64,000 nucleotides of DNA from Rhodothermales bacterium (GTDB lineage: Bacteria; Bacteroidota; Rhodothermia; Rhodothermales; UBA10348). The stretch covers positions 269,430 through 333,429 of the forward strand of contig JAVJVN010000004.1 of the NCBI GenBank assembly GCA_040221055.1, in the 5' to 3' direction. The notes beneath the pieces were generated by a model that made no database searches, was not told the origin of the DNA, and worked only from the letters and a program-made list of their open reading frames with translations. Positions 27,118 to 37,084 of the stretch are shown here, one piece after another (position 1 is the first letter of the stretch; the number at the start of each line of letters is the position of its first letter). The position numbers and the translations under genes are program-made.

Positions 27118-28602
27118 TCATTTCAGGGATTTGTAGAGCCGTCCGGCCGATACCATCGAATCCAGGTTCAACTGGTTGATGATGGCCATGGTCTCAGCCG
27201 TCGTACCCGGTGGCAATGTGGCCGGGACCACGTTCCGGAACGCTCCCGGCTGACGCACCGTGGCCAACTGCATCCGGTTCGGCTGGATGTTCAGGATGGC
27301 GGGGTCGGTCAGCGGCCGAAAATTGTTCGTGGACTGCGCGAAGATCGATTCATACGCCGGATACTGCTGCTGCGTGGTCACGCCGATGAACCGGTAGACC
27401 CGCCCCCCATGGTCAATGAAGTGGGCGCGGATGCCCAACACCTGGCCGTTTTCCTGTGTGGCATTGGCCACCACGACCCAGCCCGACAGTCCATTCGTCT
27501 GTCCGAGGCCCGCCTGCACGACCGTCAGGCCCTGCTGCTGGCGAAATGCATCGGACGCCGCCCGTGCGGAGGCATGCTCCGACTCGATGGTCATGACGAG
27601 ATAGGCCTCCTGGCTCTCGGGGATCATGACCACCTGCGTGGGTTGGTTGATGACCTGGAAGCCGGACGGTACCGGAAACTGGAAGGCCAACTGCGGATGA
27701 TGGAACCACCCGTCCCGGGAGAACCCCTGACGCGGATCCTCACCCCAGACGACCCCGTCCACTCGGCGGAGGTAGGGCTCGCGCACAATCTTGTTCGTCG
27801 GCATGGTGGCGGCCCATTCCCCGGCCATCCGCTGGATGGTCTGCTCGCGCTCACCCGGATCGGGGTGCGTGGACAGGAAGCTGGGGAGATCCTGACCGGC
27901 CTGCTCGCCGAGCCGACGGAGTGTACGGAAGAACTCGGATCCTTCCGATGCATCGTAGCCGAGGAAGCTGGCATATTCAACGCCCAGGTCATCCGATTCC
28001 CGCTCGTCGTCCCGGCCATAGGACAGGAACAGCAATTGCGTGGCACCGCTTCCCAGGTTGAGCACGTTTTCAGCGGCGTTTCCGCCGAACAGGGCCTGGC
28101 CACCGACGGCACCGGCCAACAGGGCGGCCTGCCCGAACATCTGGTTCATGGCCCGTTTGGATCCATGACGCCCCGCCACGTGCCCGATTTCGTGCCCCAA
28201 CACGACGGCCAGCTGCGCCTCGTTCTCCAGATGCGCCATCAAGCCTCGCGTCACATACACGAACCCGCCCGGAAGTGCGAACGCATTCACGACCGGGGAA
28301 TCCAGGACGCGGAACGTGAACGGCGTCGTGGCCCACTCCGGGTCGGCCCCGGGGCGGCGAAGGTGGCTGACTTCCAGCAGGGCCTGGCCCAGCGAGTCCA
28401 CGTATCGGGCCATGTCCGGGTCGTCATACTCGCCGAATTGAGCCACGATCTGCGGATCGGCGTCCCGGCCGATGGCGATTTCCTCCTGCCAGGTATAGGC
28501 GTAGGCGCGACGGTTTCCGGTGACGGGGCTCGTGGAAACGGCACATCCCTCCAGAACAAGGACGGCAACGAGCAGCAGTGGGTAGATGGAGCGCATATAC
28601 AT
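27118..28602 (-). CDS. M48-family zinc metallopeptidase lipoprotein
   Basis: Lipobox LVLEGC and HExxH (LGHEIGHVAGRH). About 250-aa C-terminal extension of unknown fold. Confidence 0.8.
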   Translation of the reverse strand: MYMRSIYPLLLVAVLVLEGCAVSTSPVTGNRRAYAYTWQEEIAIGRDADPQIVAQFGEYDDPDMARYVDSLGQALLEVSHLRRPGADPEWATTPFTFRVLDSPVVNAFALPGGFVYVTRGLMAHLENEAQLAVVLGHEIGHVAGRHGSKRAMNQMFGQAALLAGAVGGQALFGGNAAENVLNLGSGATQLLFLSYGRDDERESDDLGVEYASFLGYDASEGSEFFRTLRRLGEQAGQDLPSFLSTHPDPGEREQTIQRMAGEWAATMPTNKIVREPYLRRVDGVVWGEDPRQGFSRDGWFHHPQLAFQFPVPSGFQVINQPTQVVMIPESQEAYLVMTIESEHASARAASDAFRQQQGLTVVQAGLGQTNGLSGWVVVANATQENGQVLGIRAHFIDHGGRVYRFIGVTTQQQYPAYESIFAQSTNNFRPLTDPAILNIQPNRMQLATVRQPGAFRNVVPATLPPGTTAETMAIINQLNLDSMVSAGRLYKSLK

Positions 28603-28659
28603 GGCGGCGGTGGGATACCGAGTTGGATTCCTGTCGGCGGAAGGCCGATCCGGACTGAG

Positions 28660-29841
28660 TCAGGGCATTGAAACCGGCGGCCCGACGCGCCCTTCCGACT
28701 CCACTGTCATGGTCGTGCAGGGCCCTCCGGGAAAGTGGTCGTGAACGATTTCGCGTCGCGCTGCCGTAGTAATGCTCTGTCCAACGGCATCGGACTGCAA
28801 AATGTTCAAAAAAGCCCGTATACGGCCCGGATCGAGGTTGTCGAACACGTCGTCCAGCAACAGGACCGGCCGCTCATCCAGGGCCTCGTGCAGGTAATCG
28901 TACTGCGCCAGCTTGAGCGCCATGCCGAACGTCCGGTGCTGCCCCTGCGAGCCGTACCGCCGCACCAGATGCCCGTCCAGCAGCATGTCCAGTTCGTCCC
29001 GGTGTGGACCGGCCTGCGTGGACCCGCGCTGTCGCTCGGCCTGTGCGTTCCGCTCCAGCGCCTCCCGGAAAGCTTGCTCCACCTGTCCCGCAGCCCCTTC
29101 CTGCTCCGCCCGGAATTCCTTCTCCGCTTCCCCGCTGCCCAGACCCGGAAACGGAGCATAGGCCATGGACGGCCGCTCGGCGACCTCCGCTATCCGACCA
29201 TACGCCGTCTCGAGGTGACGATTGAACGCCGCCACGAACCGGAGTCGGGCGTGCACCACCGGAACCCCGTATTTGATGAGCTCTTCCGTCCACGCATGCA
29301 GCATGTCAGCGTCGGCCGCCTGCCTGCGCCGCCTGCCGCTCAACAACAACTCGTTGCGCTGCTTGAGTATACGACGATACGCCACCAGGTTTTCCAGATA
29401 CGTCGCGCTGGATTGGCAGAGCAGCGAGTCGAGGAAGCGGCGCCGCTCGTCCGGCCCCTCGGCCGTAATTCGCTGATCGTCCGGCGCGAACACAACGACC
29501 GGTACCCGTCCAACAAGATCCGTGAGCCGCTCGAGCGGCGCCCCGTTCACCTGTACCCGCTTGCCGCCATCCGGCTGATACGCCACGCGCACCCGCACTT
29601 CCTTTCCGGCATCGGATGTGAACCGCCCCTCCACTTCGTAGTGGCCGGCCCCCCGCTGCAGGACGTACCGGTCATTGTGCGTCAGAAAGCTCCGGCTCAG
29701 GCAGGCCACATGAACGGCTTCGAGCACATTCGTCTTCCCGGCCCCGTTGGGCCCCACCAGGAGGTTTATGCCCTCCCGGAAGGGGACCGTCGTGGACGTG
29801 TGCGCACGAAAGCCGTTCAGCCTGATTTCATTGATCTGCAT
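28660..29841 (-). CDS. recF: DNA replication and repair protein RecF
   Basis: MQINEIRLNGFRAH...LLVGPNGAGKTNVLEAV Walker A; SQGQHRTFGMALKLAQ signature; LLLDDVFDNLD Walker B. Confidence 0.9.
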   Translation of the reverse strand: MQINEIRLNGFRAHTSTTVPFREGINLLVGPNGAGKTNVLEAVHVACLSRSFLTHNDRYVLQRGAGHYEVEGRFTSDAGKEVRVRVAYQPDGGKRVQVNGAPLERLTDLVGRVPVVVFAPDDQRITAEGPDERRRFLDSLLCQSSATYLENLVAYRRILKQRNELLLSGRRRRQAADADMLHAWTEELIKYGVPVVHARLRFVAAFNRHLETAYGRIAEVAERPSMAYAPFPGLGSGEAEKEFRAEQEGAAGQVEQAFREALERNAQAERQRGSTQAGPHRDELDMLLDGHLVRRYGSQGQHRTFGMALKLAQYDYLHEALDERPVLLLDDVFDNLDPGRIRAFLNILQSDAVGQSITTAARREIVHDHFPGGPCTTMTVESEGRVGPPVSMP

Positions 29842-29844
29842 GGA

Positions 29845-32154
<2,310 letters not shown>

Positions 32155-32216
32155 TCATTTATTACGCAAGATTCACCCGAAAGCGTTCGCGGGCTGGATC
32201 GGCGGCGCGGAGAGCG

Positions 32217-32591
32217 TCAGAGCGCCGCCACCGCTTCGAGCTCGATCTGGTAGCCGTGGTGCAGGTCCCGGACGGGCACGATGGCGCGGGCCGGTCGGTG
32301 GTCTCCGAAAAATGCCGCATACTCCTCGTTCACGGCGCTCCAGAGGTCGATGTCCGACACGTACACGGTGACTTTCACGACGGAGGATCGCGTGCAGCCG
32401 GCTTCCTGGAGGATGGCTTCGAGGTTGAGCAGCACCCGGCGGGTCTGCTCCCGGATATCCGCCGCCTTCCAGGATGGATTGTCGGGATGGATGGGAAGCT
32501 GGCCCGATACGAAGAGCAGTCCGGCGTGGGATACGGCCTGGGCGTAGTGGCCCGCCGGGATGGGGGCGTTCGGCGTCTGATAGGATTTCAT
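32217..32591 (-). CDS. RidA/YjgF family reactive-intermediate deaminase
   Basis: PIPAGHYAQAVSHAGLLFVSGQLP...VKVTVYVSDIDLWSAVNEEYAAFF...PARAIVPVRDLHHGYQIELEAVA. 124 aa from ATG 32591. Confidence 0.85.
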   Translation of the reverse strand: MKSYQTPNAPIPAGHYAQAVSHAGLLFVSGQLPIHPDNPSWKAADIREQTRRVLLNLEAILQEAGCTRSSVVKVTVYVSDIDLWSAVNEEYAAFFGDHRPARAIVPVRDLHHGYQIELEAVAAL

Positions 32592-32617
32592 GCGCCCAAT
32601 ATAGGCCCCGGTTCGGT

Positions 32618-33706
32618 TCAGGACGTACTGAACAGGTCCGGCTGACGCGGGGCGGGGCTGTCGGCACCCTGTTCGAGCCCCAAGAGAGCGCGCTTCCGCC
32701 AGAGTCCACCGCCGTACCCGGTCAGGGAGCCGTCGCTGCCCACGACACGGTGGCACGGGATGAGGATGGACAGGCGGTTGTCCCCGTTGGCACGGGCGAC
32801 GGCGCGGACCGCCGTGGGGCGTCCAATGGCGGCGGCCTGCTCGGCGTATGAGCGCGTTTTCCCGTACGGGATGGTCATCAACCCCTGCCAGACGGCTTCC
32901 TGGAACGCGGTACCTGCCATGTGGAGTGGTACATCGAACGCGGTCCGTCGGCCCTTGAAGTAGGCCTCCAGCTGCTCTTCAAGCCGGTCCGTGAGGTCCG
33001 TTCGCCCCGGCACGAACCGGGCCGTGAGGCGCCGCTCCACGGCGGCGAGCTGGGTTTCGAGCATGCGCCGGTCCACGAATTCCAGCAGGCAGACGCCCTG
33101 ATCGGTGGTGCCGGCAAGGACCGGCCCCAGTGGCGTCGTGAAACGGCTCAGATGGACCAGCGTCACCGCACCGCTTTTTCCGGCCGGCCGGCCCGTCAAT
33201 TTCTGCATGGCCTCCCGGAAGCCACTCAGGGATTCATATCCGTGATCATACGCGACCTGCGATTCCGGCTCCCCCGACTGCATGCGGCCGAGCGCCATGC
33301 CCAGACGCCGAAGCCGCAGGTAGCCCTGGAAGGTCATGCCATGGTGGGCCTTGAACCACCGCCTGAGGCGGGCCGGATCCACACCGGAAACGCGGATATC
33401 GGCGTCCTTCCAACGACGACCGGGGTCGGACTCCACCTCGTCGAGCACGTTCGTCATCCAGGCGGGCGTACTCCCCAGTGGTTTGAGTGGCTGGCACCGC
33501 TTGCACGGGCGGTATCCGGCCATCAGGGCCTCCCTCACCGTGCGGAAGTATTCCACGTTCTGCGGATGCGGCTTCCGGGCCGGGCACGTGGGCCGGCACA
33601 GGATGCCGGTGCTCGTGACCCCGACCACGAACACGCCTTCATAGGACGCATCCCGCGCCACAAGCGCCTGGTAGAGTTCGTCTTCGGGGGGCATTTGACG
33701 TTGCAT
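32618..33706 (-). CDS. ada: Bifunctional Ada-type regulator / methylated-DNA--protein-cysteine methyltransferase
   Basis: Ada zinc domain FVVGVTSTGILCRPTCPARKP, AraC-type HTH (RRWFKAHHGMTFQGYLRLRR), Ogt active site IPCHRVVGSDGSLTGYGGG. Start at MQRQMPPE (ATG 33706). Confidence 0.85.
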   Translation of the reverse strand: MQRQMPPEDELYQALVARDASYEGVFVVGVTSTGILCRPTCPARKPHPQNVEYFRTVREALMAGYRPCKRCQPLKPLGSTPAWMTNVLDEVESDPGRRWKDADIRVSGVDPARLRRWFKAHHGMTFQGYLRLRRLGMALGRMQSGEPESQVAYDHGYESLSGFREAMQKLTGRPAGKSGAVTLVHLSRFTTPLGPVLAGTTDQGVCLLEFVDRRMLETQLAAVERRLTARFVPGRTDLTDRLEEQLEAYFKGRRTAFDVPLHMAGTAFQEAVWQGLMTIPYGKTRSYAEQAAAIGRPTAVRAVARANGDNRLSILIPCHRVVGSDGSLTGYGGGLWRKRALLGLEQGADSPAPRQPDLFSTS

Positions 33707-33861
33707 GCTGTATCGTACGAACACCGGACCGAGTGCATCCACCGGAAAATGAACACGGATGTCGATTGGAATGTGTAGATTCCGGGGACGTACCGACCAA
33801 ACCGGACCTGCCCGCCTGTTCAAACGAGCTACTACCTTTTCCACTCAACGCGAGGTGAACC

Positions 33862-34410
33862 ATGGCTCGTTTCATTCCCATTCTCCTGGCAGGCATCCTG
33901 GTCTTGACGGCCGCGCTGCCGGTCCACGCGCAGCAGCCAACACAGCAGCCAACACAGCAACCCACGCTGAACGTCCCGTCCATCAAGGCACGTTCCGTCC
34001 TCTCCGATCCCGACCATACGGATGCCGCCCTCAATATGCGCGTGGCCATGCTGTTCCGGGACGAACTTCGGGTGCGGGGCATCCCGCATGACGGGCCCGG
34101 CCTGGATGTCCGCTTCCTGGCTCAGACACATACGACGGCGGCGGGGACCGTCGTCATGCTCAGCCTCGTTGAAGGGATGACCCTCAGCGAGCCCGTCCTG
34201 GATGCCGCCGCCAGGCACGAGATCTGGTATGCCGGCCGGGCCATTCCAGAGAATGCCGAAGAAGGAAAATTCGTACGCGAGTACATGACCCGCGAGGTCC
34301 TGGAAGGCCATGTGCAGGTCATGAATATCGTCCAGCATATCGTGACCGAAGCGGAACTGCCCGGCGTCGTGAGCAGCTACCTGGACAGCGTTACGCGTCG
34401 CCGGCGCTGA
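33862..34410 (+). CDS. Secreted hypothetical protein with (QQPT)x3 repeat
   Basis: Signal peptide MARFIPILLAGILVLTAALPVHAQQ. No recognisable domain. The stop lies 5 nt before the ToxR-like regulator start. Confidence 0.55.
   Translation: MARFIPILLAGILVLTAALPVHAQQPTQQPTQQPTLNVPSIKARSVLSDPDHTDAALNMRVAMLFRDELRVRGIPHDGPGLDVRFLAQTHTTAAGTVVMLSLVEGMTLSEPVLDAAARHEIWYAGRAIPENAEEGKFVREYMTREVLEGHVQVMNIVQHIVTEAELPGVVSSYLDSVTRRRR
33931..33966 (+). repeat. 12-bp tandem repeat x3 (cagcagccaaca) encoding QQPT-QQPT-QQPT
   Basis: Direct reading: cagcagccaaca cagcagccaaca cagcaacccacg, inside the secreted-protein CDS just after the signal peptide. Confidence 0.9.
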
Positions 34411-34415
34411 ATGGA

Positions 34416-35510
34416 ATGACCGACGTATTCCACTTCGATGATCATGAGTTGGACGTACCCAACCGCCGGCTGTCGCGCGATGGTCGCCCCGTCGAGCTGA
34501 ATGCGCGGTATTTCGATGCGCTCGTCCTGCTCGTGCGTGCGCAGGGGCAACTCATCCCGAAGGACCGCTTCTTCGAGGAGGTCTGGGGCGAAGTGGTGGT
34601 CAGCGACAGCGCCCTGACACAGTGCATAAAGGACATCCGGAAGGCTCTCGGGGATGATTCGTCGAACCCCCGGTACGTACAGACCGTGCCGCGCCACGGG
34701 TATCGGTTCATGGCAGAGGTACGGGCGGGGGCGCCAGCTGCCAACGGCACCGTCCAGGTCCCGGCCGACGCCCCGACCGTCTCCGTGGCTGCCACCGAAT
34801 TGTTCGCCGGTACGGTGGGAGGCGGTGTGGCCGGGATCTGCGGAGGGTTGCTGTACGGTTTCGCCCTCACGAACGCATCGGGCAGCGCGGAGCTCGGCAC
34901 GCTGTCCATTCTCCTGGTCATGATGACCCTCACCGGGTTCCTGGGCGTTCTGGGCGGCTTCGGCGTCAGCATGGGCCTGGCCGTTTCCGGCTGGCTTGCC
35001 GCGCGGCAGCGGGCCGCGAGACCCTGGGCGTGGCGGATTGCGGGAGCCGCGCTTGGCGGGCTCCTGGTCGGGAGCACCACCAAACTGCTGGGATTGGATG
35101 CCTTCAACCTGCTCCTCGGCAGGACACCGGCTGGAATGACCGGTGGTATTGAGGGTGCCTGCCTCGGCGCAGCCCTCGCCGCAGGTGCATGGTTGGGTGG
35201 TGGATTCCAGGCGCGCAAACGATGGCACCCGGTCGCCGCGGGTGCGGCGACCGGGTGCGCGGCCGGCGTGCTTATTACGCTGGCTGGGGGGCGTCTGCTG
35301 GGGGGCAGCCTGCAACTGCTGGCCGATTCCTTCTCCCAGTCACGACTGGAACTGGATGCGCTTGGTCGATTCTTCGGGGAGCTTCAGTTCGGCACATTCT
35401 CCCAGGTCGCGCTGGGTGGCCTCGAGGGAGGACTGTTCGGCGCTGGTGTGATCGGCGCACTCGTCCTGGCCAGCGCGCTTACTCAGACGCATCGTCAGCG
35501 GCATGATTGA
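34416..35510 (+). CDS. Membrane-integrated OmpR/PhoB-type winged-helix transcriptional regulator (ToxR/CadC-like N-terminus, glycine-rich polytopic C-domain)
   Basis: N-terminal ~100 aa: ELDVPNRRLSRDGRPVELNARYFDALVLLVRAQGQLIPKDRFFEEVWGEVVVSDSALTQCIKDIRKALGDD...YVQTVPRHGYRF (trans_reg_C signature). The remaining ~260 aa contain 6-7 Gly/Ala-rich hydrophobic segments. Confidence 0.7.
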   Translation: MTDVFHFDDHELDVPNRRLSRDGRPVELNARYFDALVLLVRAQGQLIPKDRFFEEVWGEVVVSDSALTQCIKDIRKALGDDSSNPRYVQTVPRHGYRFMAEVRAGAPAANGTVQVPADAPTVSVAATELFAGTVGGGVAGICGGLLYGFALTNASGSAELGTLSILLVMMTLTGFLGVLGGFGVSMGLAVSGWLAARQRAARPWAWRIAGAALGGLLVGSTTKLLGLDAFNLLLGRTPAGMTGGIEGACLGAALAAGAWLGGGFQARKRWHPVAAGAATGCAAGVLITLAGGRLLGGSLQLLADSFSQSRLELDALGRFFGELQFGTFSQVALGGLEGGLFGAGVIGALVLASALTQTHRQRHD

Positions 35511-36072
35511 ACAGTAGCGCCACGCCGGTGAACAGGACCACGAACATCGCATTCACGGCAATGATCTCCACGGGGCTGTAGCCCGGGGCACTGCGCTCCA
35601 CCACGAGGGCCACGGCACCGATAAGGGCCGTCGCCCCGGCCATCGTAAAACCCGTCCTGGCCATGCCGCGCGGCTTCAGGCGACAGGCCGTCGCGCCCAG
35701 GAAGCCCAGCGCCAGGACGCCGAAGTAGGCGACGTTCAACAGGTTGTCCTCGTTGCCGACAATACCAACCGCGCCGTTTACCCAGATCATGAAGAATCCT
35801 GATCCCACAGCACCCACCGCTGCTATCCGGTACATGGTCTGTCCTGACGTGCGGAGGGCCAGTTCGAACGCCCCGCCGGCTCCGAGCAGCATGGCCCCCA
35901 TGACCATGAAGTCGGATGCTGTCCAATTCACCTCCTCCGTAAACTGCATGGCAATCAGCGGCAAGAGCAACAGGAACGCAGCCCCTGACCAAGCTGCAAT
36001 CCTGAACCTGTTCCACGCGGTGTTTTCGTGCTGGGTTGTTTCGCGCGTCGCGTTTTCGTGGGTTGCTTTCAT
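35479..36072 (-). CDS. Hypothetical polytopic membrane protein
   Basis: About 6 hydrophobic segments. The ATG at 36072 overlaps the stop of the upstream small ORF (ATGA). The 3' end overlaps the convergent regulator gene by 32 nt. Confidence 0.5.
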   Translation of the reverse strand: MKATHENATRETTQHENTAWNRFRIAAWSGAAFLLLLPLIAMQFTEEVNWTASDFMVMGAMLLGAGGAFELALRTSGQTMYRIAAVGAVGSGFFMIWVNGAVGIVGNEDNLLNVAYFGVLALGFLGATACRLKPRGMARTGFTMAGATALIGAVALVVERSAPGYSPVEIIAVNAMFVVLFTGVALLFNHAADDASE

Positions 36073-36287
36073 GCCTGCACCTCCTTCGCCGCTGCGGCCC
36101 CAATCCGGGCGCGTGTAATGAAGAACCACGCCAGCCCGCCGATCACCAGTGCGAGGGGGAGCGCTCCGGGTTCATCTTCCACCGTAATCATATAGGTCAG
36201 GAGCAGCACGCCCACTGCTGTGATTGCCAGGGATATCACGCGTTGGGCCTTCAGCCCGCTTCCTGCTCCTTTTGTTGTTTCAGCCAT
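36069..36287 (-). CDS. Small two-TM membrane protein (72 aa)
   Basis: VISLAITAVGVLLLTYMI and ALPLALVIGGLAWFFI segments. Translationally coupled to the downstream membrane protein. Confidence 0.45.
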   Translation of the reverse strand: MAETTKGAGSGLKAQRVISLAITAVGVLLLTYMITVEDEPGALPLALVIGGLAWFFITRARIGAAAAKEVQA

Positions 36288-36376
36288 GGTCTCGTCCGGT
36301 TGGTTATGAGTGACGCCGAAATATGGCGTACCGAACGCGTGAGGGACGTGAGCATGGTCTGATGTTTGCGTGAGAT

Positions 36377-36403
36377 CTCTTTCTGCGGAGCCTCTTTCTG
36401 CGG
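36377..36403. repeat. Perfect 12-bp direct repeat CTCTTTCTGCGG x2 (15-bp period)
   Basis: 36377-36388 and 36392-36403, between the stop of the DUF457-like gene (36406) and the start of the small-membrane-protein pair (36287). Confidence 0.3.
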
Positions 36404-36405
36404 GA

Positions 36406-37056
36406 TCAGGCTCTTACGGTCACATTCCGCTCAATCCACCACCCCCAGAGCGGCAACAGCCACATCGACAGGCCCACGACGGCAATGGCAGTCGTGCCCG
36501 GAGGCGGTGGCGAAAACGGCTGGCTCGCCCAGATGAGGACGCACAGGCCGACCAGGCTCCACAGCGCCAGGTGACCCTGCCGGCCCGGCACGTCGACCAC
36601 GCGAAAGAACACCACCAATGCGGCGACCAGGAGCAGGCCTTCCACCGCCAGCGTACCCGGTACGGAATGCCACAACCCGAGACCCGTCTCGACCCCGCCC
36701 GGCCACAGCGGGAGGTCCGGACCATGCGTGATCCAGTCCAGCACCCAATGGCTGACGAGGACCAGCGCCGACACCGACGCCACGCGGCGGGACCCGCCGG
36801 CCATGCGGACGACCCCCGCCAGGAGCACGCCCCAGACCACCACCATCAGGAGACTGTGGCTCCACGGATACCATGCGAAGTCCAACGCGGTGAATGCCGT
36901 ATTTCCGGGATCCACCACTACCGTTTCCGCGCCCACCAACAGCAGCACCGGCCAGAGGATGTCAATGCCGAACGATGCACCGATCAGCAGCGGAAGCGGC
37001 GCTTCCCGCGCGACCGTCTTTGCACCGAGGGCGGCTGCAAGGTGTCCTACGAACAT
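36406..37056 (-). CDS. Putative membrane-bound metal-dependent hydrolase (YdjM/DUF457-like)
   Basis: MFVGHLAAAL..., WSHSLL and SHWVLDWITHGPD histidine-containing motifs in a 5-6 TM protein. Assignment is from memory of the family pattern only. Confidence 0.45.
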   Translation of the reverse strand: MFVGHLAAALGAKTVAREAPLPLLIGASFGIDILWPVLLLVGAETVVVDPGNTAFTALDFAWYPWSHSLLMVVVWGVLLAGVVRMAGGSRRVASVSALVLVSHWVLDWITHGPDLPLWPGGVETGLGLWHSVPGTLAVEGLLLVAALVVFFRVVDVPGRQGHLALWSLVGLCVLIWASQPFSPPPPGTTAIAVVGLSMWLLPLWGWWIERNVTVRA

Positions 37057-37084
37057 GTCACCCCTTTACTTTTTCAACAGCCTT

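Noticed and set aside
33931-33966. A 12-bp x3 tandem repeat, considered as a possible CRISPR or VNTR element.
   Set aside because: It has only three adjacent copies with no spacers and sits inside a CDS in frame (QQPT x3). It is a coding low-complexity repeat, not a CRISPR array.
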